From positions 1-64,000 of the IMG/VR virus record IMGVR_UViG_3300026521_000466: a stretch of DNA of 64,000 nt; one strand, written 5' to 3'. Below the pieces are notes generated by a model. The model was not told the origin of the DNA. It saw only the letters and a list, made by a program, of their open reading frames with translations, and made no database searches. Positions 10,207 through 21,300 of this stretch are shown in pieces. The position numbers and the translations under genes are program-made. How positions within the stretch are numbered: the first letter of the stretch is position 1; each line of letters starts with the position of its first letter. The stretch comes from a virus.

Positions 10207-12369
10207 ATGAACATTAGAAATGCTACTCCTATGCATTACATGGATGGTATGAAAGATGAGAGTGCGGGCGGTGTATTCCCCGAACCAAAAGGGCTGTCAC
10301 AATTCCAACCTCTTATTATATCCCATGCAGTAAAAGGACCATATGGTGAGTTTGAATGTACCGGTAAAGAACTCGAAGCTATTTTTGGCCTTGATACAAT
10401 CAACCCACTCAGCAAGTTTTACACGCACCAAACACACATGGCGTCAAAGATATTGAAGGCAGGTGGCGTTGTCAGTTTTAAAAGACTGCAATATATTAAT
10501 TCTCCACGAACACTACCTTATAACGTAGGCGATCCGGATGACACCAATGGTATTGCTAACATTGCATACTATTTGGTAATTACCGATGAGATCACAAGAA
10601 AACCATTCCTTAGAAATCAGGACGGTACTGTCGAAATGGTTGATGGGGTTCCACAAGAAGACCCAAATGGTGATGACATACAAGTTAAATATGCTATGCT
10701 TACCGCAAAGTATATACCGCAGTATAATGAAGATACGCAACTCTCTTCAATCATGGTAGAAGATGGAATGACCATATTTGGACAAACTGTAGATATTACA
10801 GCGTATCCTCTTTTTGTAGTTCCTGCTGAGGCTCACGGTGAATACTATAATAATATTGGTGTTGCGCTTACTGTTGCTGATGACATTGATATGGTTACAA
10901 AAGGGATGTTCCCATTCCAATTTTCACTGGTTGATAAGTCTACTGGTAGAGCAAAGATACATACAACAATTAATGAGGCAAAAGGTGCTAAGTTTACATT
11001 TAGACCAGATTCAAGTCACCCGTTGACAAATGCTTCTGTAACATTTGAAGATCTCATACCTCATGATTTCGGTAATTATACCGATGCTGATTATGAAGTA
11101 AAACCATATACTATTGGGGATGTTCGCTTGCTGAGAAATTATGTAAGTGATGTCACTATGATGGTGTCTGGTAGAGAGCTTGAGGGGTACAATGGCGTAT
11201 TGCCTGGATACTCAGATTATTCTGCTGGTGATGTTTCTGCATTACTCAACGAGCAGTATCTTGCAAATATTGTTGATTTTAAACACTCCAACGGTGCACT
11301 TTTCGAGTATACTAGATATGCATATAGTGGAGTATTGTCAGACCAAGCTAAAGCAGCGGTCGGTGTGAGAGTTCAAAGTACAATGTCTACACCTACTTAT
11401 ATGCAAGGTGGATATGACGGAGCAGTATTTGATAACGATGCATTTGAGGCAGCTATTGTAACAGAGCTGAAAGATGGATTTGGTGATCCTGCGAGCAGAT
11501 TGAACAATATGGCGATCAGTAGATTCTCTACATTTATCGATACTGGGTTCAGTGCAGCAACCAAGACAGAGTTTGGTGTAGTGCTTTCAAATAGAAAAGA
11601 CTTAAATCTCATTGGTGCGACTGCGTTCCTTAACAAACAGAACAAGAAACAAGAGAATGATGAAGCTATATCAATGGCGGCCATTCTTAACAGTATGTAT
11701 TCTATCTATACAGAATCAGAGCTCTACAACACACCTACATTCAGATACTGTATTGTTATGGGAAGTGGACTTTCCAGACATGAAAACTACAGATATCATC
11801 TACCATTAACATACGACTTCGTATATAAGAACGTAAGAATGTTTGGTGGTAAAGACGGTAAGTGGAACACTAAATATGAGTTCTCTGCAAGAGGTGGTAA
11901 TAACATTACCGAGCAAACAGATATCTATCCTGATTTTGTGCCTGACACTATCAAGAACAAACTATGGACATCTAACCTTATCTGGCCTCAAGGTAAAGAT
12001 AAACAGACATGGATATACCCAGCAATGCAAACAGGTTATAACGACGATACTTCAGTTGCAAACGGATGGTATTCAGTTATTGCAGACTGTTATGCGCAAA
12101 AAGTACTGAATGAAACATTCTTGTACCTGGTAGGTGATCAAGTGATGACCCGTACAGAATATAAAGATGAGTTTATTCGTTATGCATCAGCTATGTTGTC
12201 AGCAGAACACTTCGGTAATATTATTGAAGCTAAAGTAGTACTGCACTATACAAAAGAGGATGAACAAAGAGGTTACTCAGCACATGCGTATGTTGAACTA
12301 TATGTTCCTAACATGAAAACAGTGATAAATTCACATGTTGTTATGAAGCGTATTGATAACCTAGTATAA
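10207..12369 (+). CDS. contractile tail sheath protein (phiKZ gp29-like)
   Basis: N-terminal NATP..GMKDES, YMQGGYDG, DTGFS, 720 aa, directly upstream of the tube gene. Confidence 0.88.
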   Translation: MNIRNATPMHYMDGMKDESAGGVFPEPKGLSQFQPLIISHAVKGPYGEFECTGKELEAIFGLDTINPLSKFYTHQTHMASKILKAGGVVSFKRLQYINSPRTLPYNVGDPDDTNGIANIAYYLVITDEITRKPFLRNQDGTVEMVDGVPQEDPNGDDIQVKYAMLTAKYIPQYNEDTQLSSIMVEDGMTIFGQTVDITAYPLFVVPAEAHGEYYNNIGVALTVADDIDMVTKGMFPFQFSLVDKSTGRAKIHTTINEAKGAKFTFRPDSSHPLTNASVTFEDLIPHDFGNYTDADYEVKPYTIGDVRLLRNYVSDVTMMVSGRELEGYNGVLPGYSDYSAGDVSALLNEQYLANIVDFKHSNGALFEYTRYAYSGVLSDQAKAAVGVRVQSTMSTPTYMQGGYDGAVFDNDAFEAAIVTELKDGFGDPASRLNNMAISRFSTFIDTGFSAATKTEFGVVLSNRKDLNLIGATAFLNKQNKKQENDEAISMAAILNSMYSIYTESELYNTPTFRYCIVMGSGLSRHENYRYHLPLTYDFVYKNVRMFGGKDGKWNTKYEFSARGGNNITEQTDIYPDFVPDTIKNKLWTSNLIWPQGKDKQTWIYPAMQTGYNDDTSVANGWYSVIADCYAQKVLNETFLYLVGDQVMTRTEYKDEFIRYASAMLSAEHFGNIIEAKVVLHYTKEDEQRGYSAHAYVELYVPNMKTVINSHVVMKRIDNLV

Positions 12370-12385
12370 GAGAAGAGGAGTTATA

Positions 12386-13276
12386 ATGATATTAACAGAC
12401 GCATACGAAAATACAGCACCTGCGGGAGGAGCATCTTACGCACCTATGGCAAACCTGTTGTACGGTAGTACAGAAGGGCACACCGCCCATCTGTCAAGAA
12501 TGCTACAAGACGGTTCTGTCTTTGAAGAGTATATGTCCGCGGAACCATACATTAGTAACGATGTTGTTCCAGTGGTTGTAAGAACACCAAAGATATTTGA
12601 CGCACTAGCTGATGTAGCACTTGGAAAAAGATTAAAGCAACACTATATCAAAATGATGACGATCGCCCCTAAAACTATTGATGGACTTAAAAGAACAGTT
12701 AATGTCTCTTTTGCAGAAGATAGATTGAACGGAGGCGGTCAGATATTTGAAAGTGTTTCCAATGTGACTCGTGAAAGAGCTGAACCTACACACACATATA
12801 CAGATCGTGTCGGTAAGCCTTTCTGGTATTTGCTTGACTTTATCATTCGTTATGGTAGAATGGACCCTGAGACAAAAACTCCATTGGCTGTCACATTGCC
12901 ATTGAAGCCTGGGTTCCTTGATAAAGGACAACACTTGACTCCTGATTTTTATACAGGATCAATGCTTTACTTTGAACCAACACATACTGGAAAAGATATT
13001 ATTGAAGCATATGTTTGTGGTAATATGATGCCTAAAACAACAGGTGATAATACCAGCAAAAGAGATAAAGGTTCAGATAGAGAAAAGTCTGAATTGAGCA
13101 TTCCATTTACTTCAATCGATATCTCCGGTGATCCAGCTAAAGCAGTTGCTCAAATTGTACTTGATAAAATGAATGTGTTTAAATCAAATCCAGATAAATT
13201 GTCTGCATTTGTAAACGATACAGATATTCAGAAAGCTATGGAAGCATCACTTGGTTTTGACGAAGTAGTAAGATAA
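12386..13276 (+). CDS. tail tube protein (phiKZ gp30-like)
   Basis: 296 aa after the sheath; IDGL, DPETK.P, NMMPK motifs typical of the family. Confidence 0.85.
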   Translation: MILTDAYENTAPAGGASYAPMANLLYGSTEGHTAHLSRMLQDGSVFEEYMSAEPYISNDVVPVVVRTPKIFDALADVALGKRLKQHYIKMMTIAPKTIDGLKRTVNVSFAEDRLNGGGQIFESVSNVTRERAEPTHTYTDRVGKPFWYLLDFIIRYGRMDPETKTPLAVTLPLKPGFLDKGQHLTPDFYTGSMLYFEPTHTGKDIIEAYVCGNMMPKTTGDNTSKRDKGSDREKSELSIPFTSIDISGDPAKAVAQIVLDKMNVFKSNPDKLSAFVNDTDIQKAMEASLGFDEVVR

Positions 13277-13289
13277 AAAAAGATACTGT

Positions 13290-13313
13290 CCCTAGACCTT
13301 TTTAGGTCTAGGG
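13290..13313. terminator. hairpin at convergent junction
   Basis: CCCTAGACCT-TTTT-AGGTCTAGGG overlapping the 3' end of ORF 13292-13633. Confidence 0.7.
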
Positions 13314-13633
13314 GTTACTCTTTTTACATTTCTATGTATAACACTGGGGCTGGTGTTATACATTTCTGCTATTTTATGGTAGCTAATTCCTTGTTTTCTT
13401 AACTCTATCAGATCATCGAGTTGTTTATCGGTAAACTTAAACCTCTTCTTTTTTGCACAATACTTACATCCTTTAGTATTACCACATGTAATATTTGCGC
13501 CAGTAACAAGAAACTCATTTTTACATTCACTGCATTTTACTTTCCATTTACGATGGCCATATGGTGTGGACGGCCCTCTTTCTATTACAGTTAATGTATC
13601 TATTTTTCTGCCTAATAGATTGTTCTCTTTCAT
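13292..13633 (-). CDS. Zn-ribbon plus HTH DNA-binding protein (homing-endonuclease accessory domains, no nuclease core)
   Basis: LLGRKIDTLTVI..WKVKCSEC...GCKYC followed by HTH SYHKIAEMYNTSPSVIHR. Confidence 0.65.
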   Translation of the reverse strand: MKENNLLGRKIDTLTVIERGPSTPYGHRKWKVKCSECKNEFLVTGANITCGNTKGCKYCAKKKRFKFTDKQLDDLIELRKQGISYHKIAEMYNTSPSVIHRNVKRVTPRPKKV

Positions 13634-13666
13634 AATCTCTCCTTTTATTAGATATAAAAATAGATA

Positions 13667-13690
13667 CAGCAGCGAACTATGTCGCTGCTG
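13667..13690 (-). terminator. stem-loop after ORF 13699-14196
   Basis: CAGCAGCGA-ACTATG-TCGCTGCTG. Confidence 0.7.
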
Positions 13691-13698
13691 CGTAGCAC

Positions 13699-14196
13699 TT
13701 AGTACTTATTGAGTTTCTCCATAAGTACTGATTGGAGGTCTTTCATCTCCTCTTTACCAGCAAGGTATGGAGATTTATGCTCTGTTACAAAGAACGGCTT
13801 CGTAATTGTTTTGTCACTACCTGGAGCAGATGCGTTTCTACTTCTGGTCCCCGAGATAGCCAATTCGCCATGCTTTGTTCTTTCACCTTTACCGGCTTTA
13901 TGAGACGGTCCCCATCCACATTTTACGAAAACTTTATCTTCGTCTTCGTTTTCGTTCAGTTGTGTCACAATTTGACTCTCTGCCTCTTTTACGAAAGCGG
14001 CATCAAACTCTTTCATGAAGTTGAAAGTCTTTTCAACAGCTTCTACCATATCATCTGGCACGTTGTCCATGAATACTCCCTTGTCATATTCGACAAAGAT
14101 TCCTTTGGACTTTTTTTTGACTTCGGGTGTTCCAAAATCAAACACCATCTCTTTTTCAACCATTTTTACTTCTGGTTTTGGTTCTACATTACTCAT
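13699..14196 (-). CDS. hypothetical protein, probably early
   Basis: Strong AAGGAG RBS, own promoter motif and downstream hairpin. Confidence 0.75.
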   Translation of the reverse strand: MSNVEPKPEVKMVEKEMVFDFGTPEVKKKSKGIFVEYDKGVFMDNVPDDMVEAVEKTFNFMKEFDAAFVKEAESQIVTQLNENEDEDKVFVKCGWGPSHKAGKGERTKHGELAISGTRSRNASAPGSDKTITKPFFVTEHKSPYLAGKEEMKDLQSVLMEKLNKY

Positions 14197-14284
14197 TGTT
14201 TTTTCTCCTTAATTTATTTTACATTGTTAGCCTAAGCGCGCCTTTTTTCATAACCGGTTATGATGTAAGCTATTACTTAACATC

Positions 14285-14298
14285 ACTGTAATAATATA
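14285..14298 (-). promoter_or_regulatory. putative early phage promoter TATATTATTACAGT
   Basis: Recurrent motif about 90 nt upstream of the ATG at 14196. Confidence 0.6.
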
Positions 14299-14379
14299 TG
14301 TTTAAAAAATAATGATAACTAACAGGGTATTATATGAAGATACAGGCGCAAAGCACATTAAGAAGATAAAGGATTTTAT

Positions 14380-15378
14380 ATGGACACTCCTGTAAAATTG
14401 AGAGATGATTTAAAGATATCAGCTGAAGAGTTTAAGATAGAAAGTTATCTTGAGAAGTCTGAGGCATTTAAGTATATAGGTGAACTTCCTGGGGTAGAGG
14501 ACATAATAAAAGCTATTGATGGTTTCCTAGGTGATGTGGTGGCTTTTCTCGGTAAGCTTAAAGATATACTAATGAAGCTTTTGGAGTGGTTGGATATATT
14601 TGGATTGATATCAGGATTGGAAGATTTACTTCAGTTTATATTTGGTATATTTAACAATGGGCTATTCGGTTTCGGGTTTCCGTTACAAACGCGAGGATCT
14701 GTTTTGGATTCATTAAACGGAGGTTGTGTAGACTTAAATAGAAACTATGGATTTGACGGCTTAGAACATTTTGGGTTACTTTCATTATTGACTGCGCTAG
14801 GTTGTTCCGGCATGAGCAATTCATACTCCACAACATACGGGTTGTTTATGAATAATCCAAAACTGAAAGATAAGAAGACTGAGCTTACTTATTTACAATC
14901 CGAATATAATACAATAGATTCACAAGATGAGAAAGATAGATTGACTCAGGAGATAAGTAAAGTTCAACAAGATATCAATGGTAAAGAAAACGCCATTAAT
15001 GCATTGTTCGCAACCGCCACTCCATATATGTATAGTCTTATGTCAAAGAAACCAAACACCTCTCTTAAATCTGTTATAGATTTGACTAATGATATAGGTA
15101 CCACGCCGGTGGCAGGAATTATAGGCGGCACTACAACAGGAATATCAAATGTTATTACACACGCATTGAATAAATCTGATGGGGTCATGAATGGAATCAA
15201 TCCGTCTGGTTTTCCAACATTTATCGGCAACATAACAACTATGGATAGTGGGTTTATGAATAATGTAACTAAAGGAAGTTCAGTATTGTCTTCTCTAACC
15301 ACCTCGTTTAATAGATCAACTCCGGTTACCAGTTTTAGTAAACCATCATTCTCACCAAAAGATTTCTTACTATTTTAA
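14380..15378 (+). CDS. putative virion protein with hydrophobic/amphipathic helices and coiled coil
   Basis: 332-aa ORF, AAGGA RBS, convergent with the prohead protease. Confidence 0.55.
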   Translation: MDTPVKLRDDLKISAEEFKIESYLEKSEAFKYIGELPGVEDIIKAIDGFLGDVVAFLGKLKDILMKLLEWLDIFGLISGLEDLLQFIFGIFNNGLFGFGFPLQTRGSVLDSLNGGCVDLNRNYGFDGLEHFGLLSLLTALGCSGMSNSYSTTYGLFMNNPKLKDKKTELTYLQSEYNTIDSQDEKDRLTQEISKVQQDINGKENAINALFATATPYMYSLMSKKPNTSLKSVIDLTNDIGTTPVAGIIGGTTTGISNVITHALNKSDGVMNGINPSGFPTFIGNITTMDSGFMNNVTKGSSVLSSLTTSFNRSTPVTSFSKPSFSPKDFLLF

Positions 15379-15379
15379 G

Positions 15380-15407
15380 CTACAGTACCCTATATAGGGT
15401 ACTGTAG
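15380..15407. terminator. perfect 28-bp palindrome at convergent junction
   Basis: CTACAGTACCCTAT|ATAGGGTACTGTAG. Confidence 0.7.
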
Positions 15408-15411
15408 TTGG

Positions 15412-16188
15412 TTATGCATTAAAGTAGATGCAAGATCCGTCATCGCATCCTGTAATGATGCCTCTCAGTTCTCTTAATAGAGTAGTGTCGTGACCTTCCA
15501 TATTATGAGAATTTAACTCTTTATCAATATTGTCTAACATAATCATTTTATCTTTATCCGTTAGAATATGTTCGTCAGATTCAAGGTTGATGTTTGACCA
15601 TACTGATTTTTTAGCTATTGGAATACCTGGTCTATCTACCCAATCGGCATTGAATATAAGATATGTATCTTTATAGGTTACACCGCCCCTTACGTGATTA
15701 TTTGAAAAGCTACGAATACTAAATGCAGTATTTATAGATGGATTATCCAATGATTGTTGCAGGCTTTTGCCACGTGGTCCAGATGGGGTAATGTTTGCTG
15801 TCATTACATATATTTCATCTCCGACATTTGGGACAGATATCGGTATATCGTGTAGCCGTACACTATTGGTGACAGCACATACATTACTATCATCATATGT
15901 CAATAATCTTTTTCTGAAGGAATCTAGTGATTGTGTCGGGTTCATTTCTGGATGCCCGTCTTCAGACTTCATCTCTTTATTTTGTACTCTGATGAGCATA
16001 GGTGATCCTTCACTAAACATATTTCGGACAGTGTCCGAGATCATATAGAAATCACCGCGTGTGCTATGCAGGTTAAATGCTGTAAATACTACATTATATG
16101 TTCCGTCAGGTTGTTTACCTAGGTTAAAGCCTTCAAGGTTTATATCCCCAAGGTATGTCTCTCTGTTCTCTATAGATAAATAACTCAT
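15412..16188 (-). CDS. prohead (head maturation) protease, phiKZ gp175-like
   Basis: EDGHP (His), FSIRS (Ser), DWVDRPGI; start moved to the ATG at 16188, which avoids overlap with the upstream gene; synteny with vRNAP genes. Confidence 0.88.
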   Translation of the reverse strand: MSYLSIENRETYLGDINLEGFNLGKQPDGTYNVVFTAFNLHSTRGDFYMISDTVRNMFSEGSPMLIRVQNKEMKSEDGHPEMNPTQSLDSFRKRLLTYDDSNVCAVTNSVRLHDIPISVPNVGDEIYVMTANITPSGPRGKSLQQSLDNPSINTAFSIRSFSNNHVRGGVTYKDTYLIFNADWVDRPGIPIAKKSVWSNINLESDEHILTDKDKMIMLDNIDKELNSHNMEGHDTTLLRELRGIITGCDDGSCIYFNA

Positions 16189-16195
16189 CTCTTTG

Positions 16196-16897
16196 TTAGC
16201 TCCTAAATATCTTTTCAATATCAGATTTGATAGGGTTGTCATCATTCAGTGCGGCTGTAGTTCCTCTGTCTTGATAGCTCCCCATAAATCTTGACATATT
16301 GTTACTATAGGCTAGGTCAGCATTTAACATACTCACCCATCTAATCTCTTTTGGTTTTTTGTCGGTTAGTCTTAACTCTGTTTTTCCATCTTCTGCGCGT
16401 GCAGTAACTGCTATCAAAGCAGATATTCTAGTAGGGTCTAATCCTACTTTTTTGGATGTGGTAATTGTACTCTTTGTAAAAATATCAATAATATCTTCTC
16501 TACTTAAAAAGAATGGTACATTGCCTTTCATGAAGAACTCCACCAGCTCTTCATATACTGGATCTGCCATGTCGATTACGCTATCTGAGGTGATGAATGT
16601 ATTATCATCAAATGACATCAATGTATATGATACTTTATCAATTTCCACCTCTTCAATTTGATTAGGGGAATATTTTATCAAGTTTGGCAGTTTGCTTACA
16701 ACATAATTATAATCTTCATCAATTATGATGTTGATGCCTAAACACTCCACATCCATCTCTATCTTAGCAAATCCAATGTCTAAATAACGAGTTGGAAATA
16801 AAACCCTTATAGGACGAGCGCAGTCAATGCGCCCATCTTTTTTCGTTAACAGGGATTTTACTTTATCATTTCTCTTCAACAGAGATTTGTTAAACAT
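16196..16897 (-). CDS. conserved phiKZ-like protein (gp176 position)
   Basis: Synteny between protease and vRNAP beta; start moved to the ATG with AAAGGA RBS. Confidence 0.6.
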   Translation of the reverse strand: MFNKSLLKRNDKVKSLLTKKDGRIDCARPIRVLFPTRYLDIGFAKIEMDVECLGINIIIDEDYNYVVSKLPNLIKYSPNQIEEVEIDKVSYTLMSFDDNTFITSDSVIDMADPVYEELVEFFMKGNVPFFLSREDIIDIFTKSTITTSKKVGLDPTRISALIAVTARAEDGKTELRLTDKKPKEIRWVSMLNADLAYSNNMSRFMGSYQDRGTTAALNDDNPIKSDIEKIFRS

Positions 16898-16916
16898 ATT
16901 ATATCCTTTTTGATTA

Positions 16917-18317
16917 CTACTGGACAATTATACCTTCAAATAGTATGTCGAGTACCATGTCTATTCCAGTAAGGCCAGATGCTTCTGAAATCGTAAGTTC
17001 AGGAGATTGTTTTTGATAAAGAGATATAGAATCTACAAACTCTTTAAATCCGGTAATGCTAATGATGTATTCTCCAGTCATCTCTTCAATAACATCTTTG
17101 ATATTCATCAATTTTGCTGGGTCTTTAATACCTTTTATATAGGATATAACTCTTTGACGTACATCTTTCTTATCATCTTCTATAATGCCAGCACTTAGCA
17201 TTTCAATAATGCGATCTGTATTTTTAATATATGCATCAACATAGACTTCTTCAATCATATTCTTGCGAACAATATTATCTTTCATCTTTGCTTTGTTGTA
17301 CACATCCATCAGTCTTTCTTCATTGCTAATTACATAATCCATGCTGGCTTTATACTCTTTTGTCAAGAGTAGTCCCAATAGAGGTTCAATAGTGTGCTCT
17401 TTAAAGTATACACCTGCTACATCAGAATTCAAGATCAGTGTATTCTCAAATTTACGTACGATGAGTGTTTTTGATGTTATCATATCGTAATAACTTGTGC
17501 GGATTGCGTTCACTCTAGTATGTAGGAAATCTTTTAGTTCAACAATCATCTTATTATACTCTGCCACGCTACCAAGCGAACCATCAATAGGAGCTTGTTG
17601 TAATGAGTGAAGCATTGCATACGCAATAAAGATATAGTCAGGCTCAGCACTCTCGTTCTCTAGTAGGCCAGTATCTTTAGTATTTGATATTTCTGCCAAT
17701 CTTCTCCACACGTCCCTTTTTACATCAGGGGATATTTTATCCAAGTAATTGAAATTATCATTGAAGTTATCTACATCATATCTGCTTCCAAGGATGGCTC
17801 TTGTAGTAAACCCTTTAAATCTTGCTGTCGGTTCAGGCAGTTCAAGAACAAATTCGGGGATAGTTAAATATTTTACCTTTAACTTGTTGAGTGTTGTTTC
17901 TATTGGTGTGTTCTCTACAGACTCTTTTATTATCATAATAGAATCTTTGATTGCCTTAAAAACAGTATAACGATAAAAGTGCATTAGTTTACCAACTTTA
18001 CTCACGATGAGATCTTCTGTCTCTTCTCTTTCAGCAGGATTTAAACTCACTAATGTATTTAGAGGAGCACCTATTTTTGTGGTCAGTGTCTTTCCAGAAG
18101 CTGATAAATCGTTAAGGAGATTGTCTCGTCCAAAACGTACGTTGTTAAGGGCCTCATCTTTTTTTTGTAGTTTGATCTGCACCAGTTTCTCTACCTGTTT
18201 TTCAGCAAGATCAGTGTCCCTAGTTACGGAGAGTACTTTGTCAAGCAGCGCTTCTCCCAGTTTTGATGCTATGCTCAATGTGGAACCAATTATAGTATCT
18301 ATAATAACTTCATTCAT
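16917..18317 (-). CDS. conserved phiKZ-like protein (gp177 position)
   Basis: 466-aa helical ORF in the conserved gene block. Confidence 0.55.
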   Translation of the reverse strand: MNEVIIDTIIGSTLSIASKLGEALLDKVLSVTRDTDLAEKQVEKLVQIKLQKKDEALNNVRFGRDNLLNDLSASGKTLTTKIGAPLNTLVSLNPAEREETEDLIVSKVGKLMHFYRYTVFKAIKDSIMIIKESVENTPIETTLNKLKVKYLTIPEFVLELPEPTARFKGFTTRAILGSRYDVDNFNDNFNYLDKISPDVKRDVWRRLAEISNTKDTGLLENESAEPDYIFIAYAMLHSLQQAPIDGSLGSVAEYNKMIVELKDFLHTRVNAIRTSYYDMITSKTLIVRKFENTLILNSDVAGVYFKEHTIEPLLGLLLTKEYKASMDYVISNEERLMDVYNKAKMKDNIVRKNMIEEVYVDAYIKNTDRIIEMLSAGIIEDDKKDVRQRVISYIKGIKDPAKLMNIKDVIEEMTGEYIISITGFKEFVDSISLYQKQSPELTISEASGLTGIDMVLDILFEGIIVQ

Positions 18318-18370
18318 GTTTATCCTTTTTCTATTAAATATATCATATAAATTGAGGTAACTCTATTGAT

Positions 18371-18395
18371 TACAGGGTGGGTAAACCACCCTGTA
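18371..18395 (-). terminator. stem-loop after vRNAP beta gene
   Basis: TACAGGGTGG-GTAAA-CCACCCTGTA abutting the stop codon. Confidence 0.7.
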
Positions 18396-21300
18396 TTAAA
18401 AATTACCCTCTGCAAATCTTTTGTTCATTTCCATCAGTATCAAGTTTGTTGTAGCTATATCCTCTGGCGAGTTTACGATTCTTGCGCCCACACTTCTTCT
18501 ACTGATTTTTACATCAACGCTTCTACCATCCTCGGTAAGTAATTGTTCATAGATATCACCAACTGTATTTTTAAGTTGGTTACCCACAATAATTTTATCA
18601 CCTATAGTTAAAGTCTTCTCTTTTTCAATATAGTATTTGATATAGAGTTCATCTTCTGCTAGAGGTTTTCCTTTTATAGAGAATGTGTTTGTTACCTTGC
18701 CTGTATAGCCATAAAGTTCTTTCATTACCTTATCAGTCTTTTTAACCAATGTTTGTAACTCATCACTCAGTTCACTCAACTCACAACGATAGTATATCTC
18801 ATATCGAAACAGTGTCCCTTTTGCTTCAGCATAAACGTTATTTGTTTTTAAGTCGTCTATCTTCTCTCTGCTCTTCTTGAACACTGTGTCACCAATATCA
18901 TCTTCTGTAGTTAGTATATAACTGAAAACAATATCGTTATGAGATACTTTTGATCCCAACTCTGCAAGCTCTTTTATTTTGATGTCTTTGCTAAAACTTT
19001 TTCCGTTTACTTTGGTTACTTTCGTAGTAAAGTTTTCGCTAAACTTTTTACTTACGGCACAACTATCTTCGTATGTTTCATCGCTCTCTTCAAGAGCTGT
19101 CAACGCAGTCTCACCTACTTTATAAACAATACGCTTTCTATTAAACATATCTCTTCCAAAGAATAGATCGTCGTAGAATATGATATCGTATTCATTTACA
19201 GTATCACCTACCTTTAAATTGGTAACACTCTTATGTTTATAAGCTAATCCACCTACCTCTTTGGTAGTCCATTCTTTTAGCTTGTAGCTGACCTCTTTTG
19301 TTCCATATAGTATCTTCACCTCTTTATCAGTGACTTTTATTACTTTACCTTTCTCAGTAGCATATGTAACGTACTCTTTATTCATTCTGTATGGAACTAT
19401 TGATTCAAACCCTGTTCTAACAGGCAGTGATCTTTGATTCTTGGTAGGTATGATATGAGCATTTTGAATGGATATATAGAGCATACGTTTACCATCATCG
19501 GTTGTTGACCCTGGCATTAACAATACACCGCTACTAAATACATTAGCTGCTGTTATTTCTGACATGTCAATGTCTTTTAAAACACCATATATATTATTTA
19601 TTTTCGGAGAGGCACTTAGATATGTAGTAATACCAATATCGGCACTATCCTTTGACGCTTCTGATATTATACCAAAGTTAGACGGGTCATATACACGGTC
19701 ATTCATTGCAATAGAATCTTTCTGTCTACCAAACTTTCCGGTGAGTGTAACCTCTTCTTTTTGTTTCATAATGTTTAATGGGTTCATGTCTGTGTCAAGT
19801 ACAAATGTTCCATCTTCCGATAACATCCCTAAGAGCTCGTATGGATTTACAGTAACTTTACTGGTAACCAATCCTTGTCTCTGAGTCTGGTCCCTTATAG
19901 CTTTTGCCATAATATGATAGAGCATACCATTAAGTCTCTCATACCCTTTAACCATAATTCCATCAGAATCATTCTGAGGTTTGTAGTAATCGTCCTTCAA
20001 TAATTCTGCTGTTTTATACAGTATACCAACAAATGTAGTAGGTTCTTTTCTTAATTTAAGAATATCTTCTGTTATTGGATCGATCCACATAGCTTTTAGA
20101 TTGTCAAGTTCTATAAAAGTTCTTCTCTTATATCCTATTAACATCATTAAGTCACGCACTACACTACGTATATTAAGGCTTTTGCTATCGCCCTCTTTAA
20201 GTTCGGGCATTACTGTCAATGCTCCCACAACCACTTCGGTCCAGTCTCTTTTTACTACATACTTGGTGTCTTTAAAACGAATGATATATTCATCATGTTC
20301 AGTAATTACTCTTTTATTCGCTTCGTGCTCTTTATATTTAACGCCTAATGTGTTAAACATATTTGTGATGCCTTTGTAATACATCAATACCAGAGCCAAT
20401 GGTATCCTTTCGCCAAGCATATTAATAGTAGCATATTCGGCTTTTATTTTTCTTCTATCAATTCCAAGGAATGTTATAAAGTCATCAACATCATTTCCCT
20501 TTGCATCTAACAACACGCCGTCGTTTCTAAGATAGTAATAATTATTTTGTTTATCTTTTCCTACTACAATGCCATGTTTTTTATCATGTTTTGGAAAGAG
20601 TTCATCTATTTTACTATAGTTGAACGAAAAGAATATTTTATCTTTTATAAATGATTTCACTACAGACATCATTGTAGTATATAAGAATGGCAGATGTACT
20701 TTTACTACAGTTGCTTTTCCCAATACCAGCATAGATATCTGATTGTTGTCTTTTAATTTTTTCAACTCTCTTAGAATGGACGCGGACTGTTTGTTCTTAT
20801 TCATCTCACCACGTTTCACAAACATTTTATTGTAGTATGACGTCAGCGCTACTTCATTAGGTTTGACTTTTTTAATAGGTACGTCAGTTTTCATTTTTCG
20901 CAGTCGGTATTTATTTGTATTCAACTTCATGTATCCCTCATCATCAAGTGCGGGTATTCTTTGGTTTAGTGTTATTGTTGTCCCATTTGGTGTTAACATG
21001 GGAGTTGATAATATTTCTATATCATCAGATATATTCGTATCTTTTTCTGTTTTTATTTCATTCGCAAGGTACCCAGATTTTCCAAAGGATAACAGGATTG
21101 CTTCTCTCTGTTTTTTATATACCTTTTTAATATATTGTTTATCGAATGCGTCCACTGTATTTTCAAGCATACCTTCGTCTAACACAGTGTTCTGTTTAGG
21201 AAGTTTTTTCATCTGCAATTCGATATCTTCTTTAGTAAGTTTTAACTCTTCTAATCGTTTGTTGTTTTTTTCTATTAGCGGTAGAGCTTTCTTCACATAG

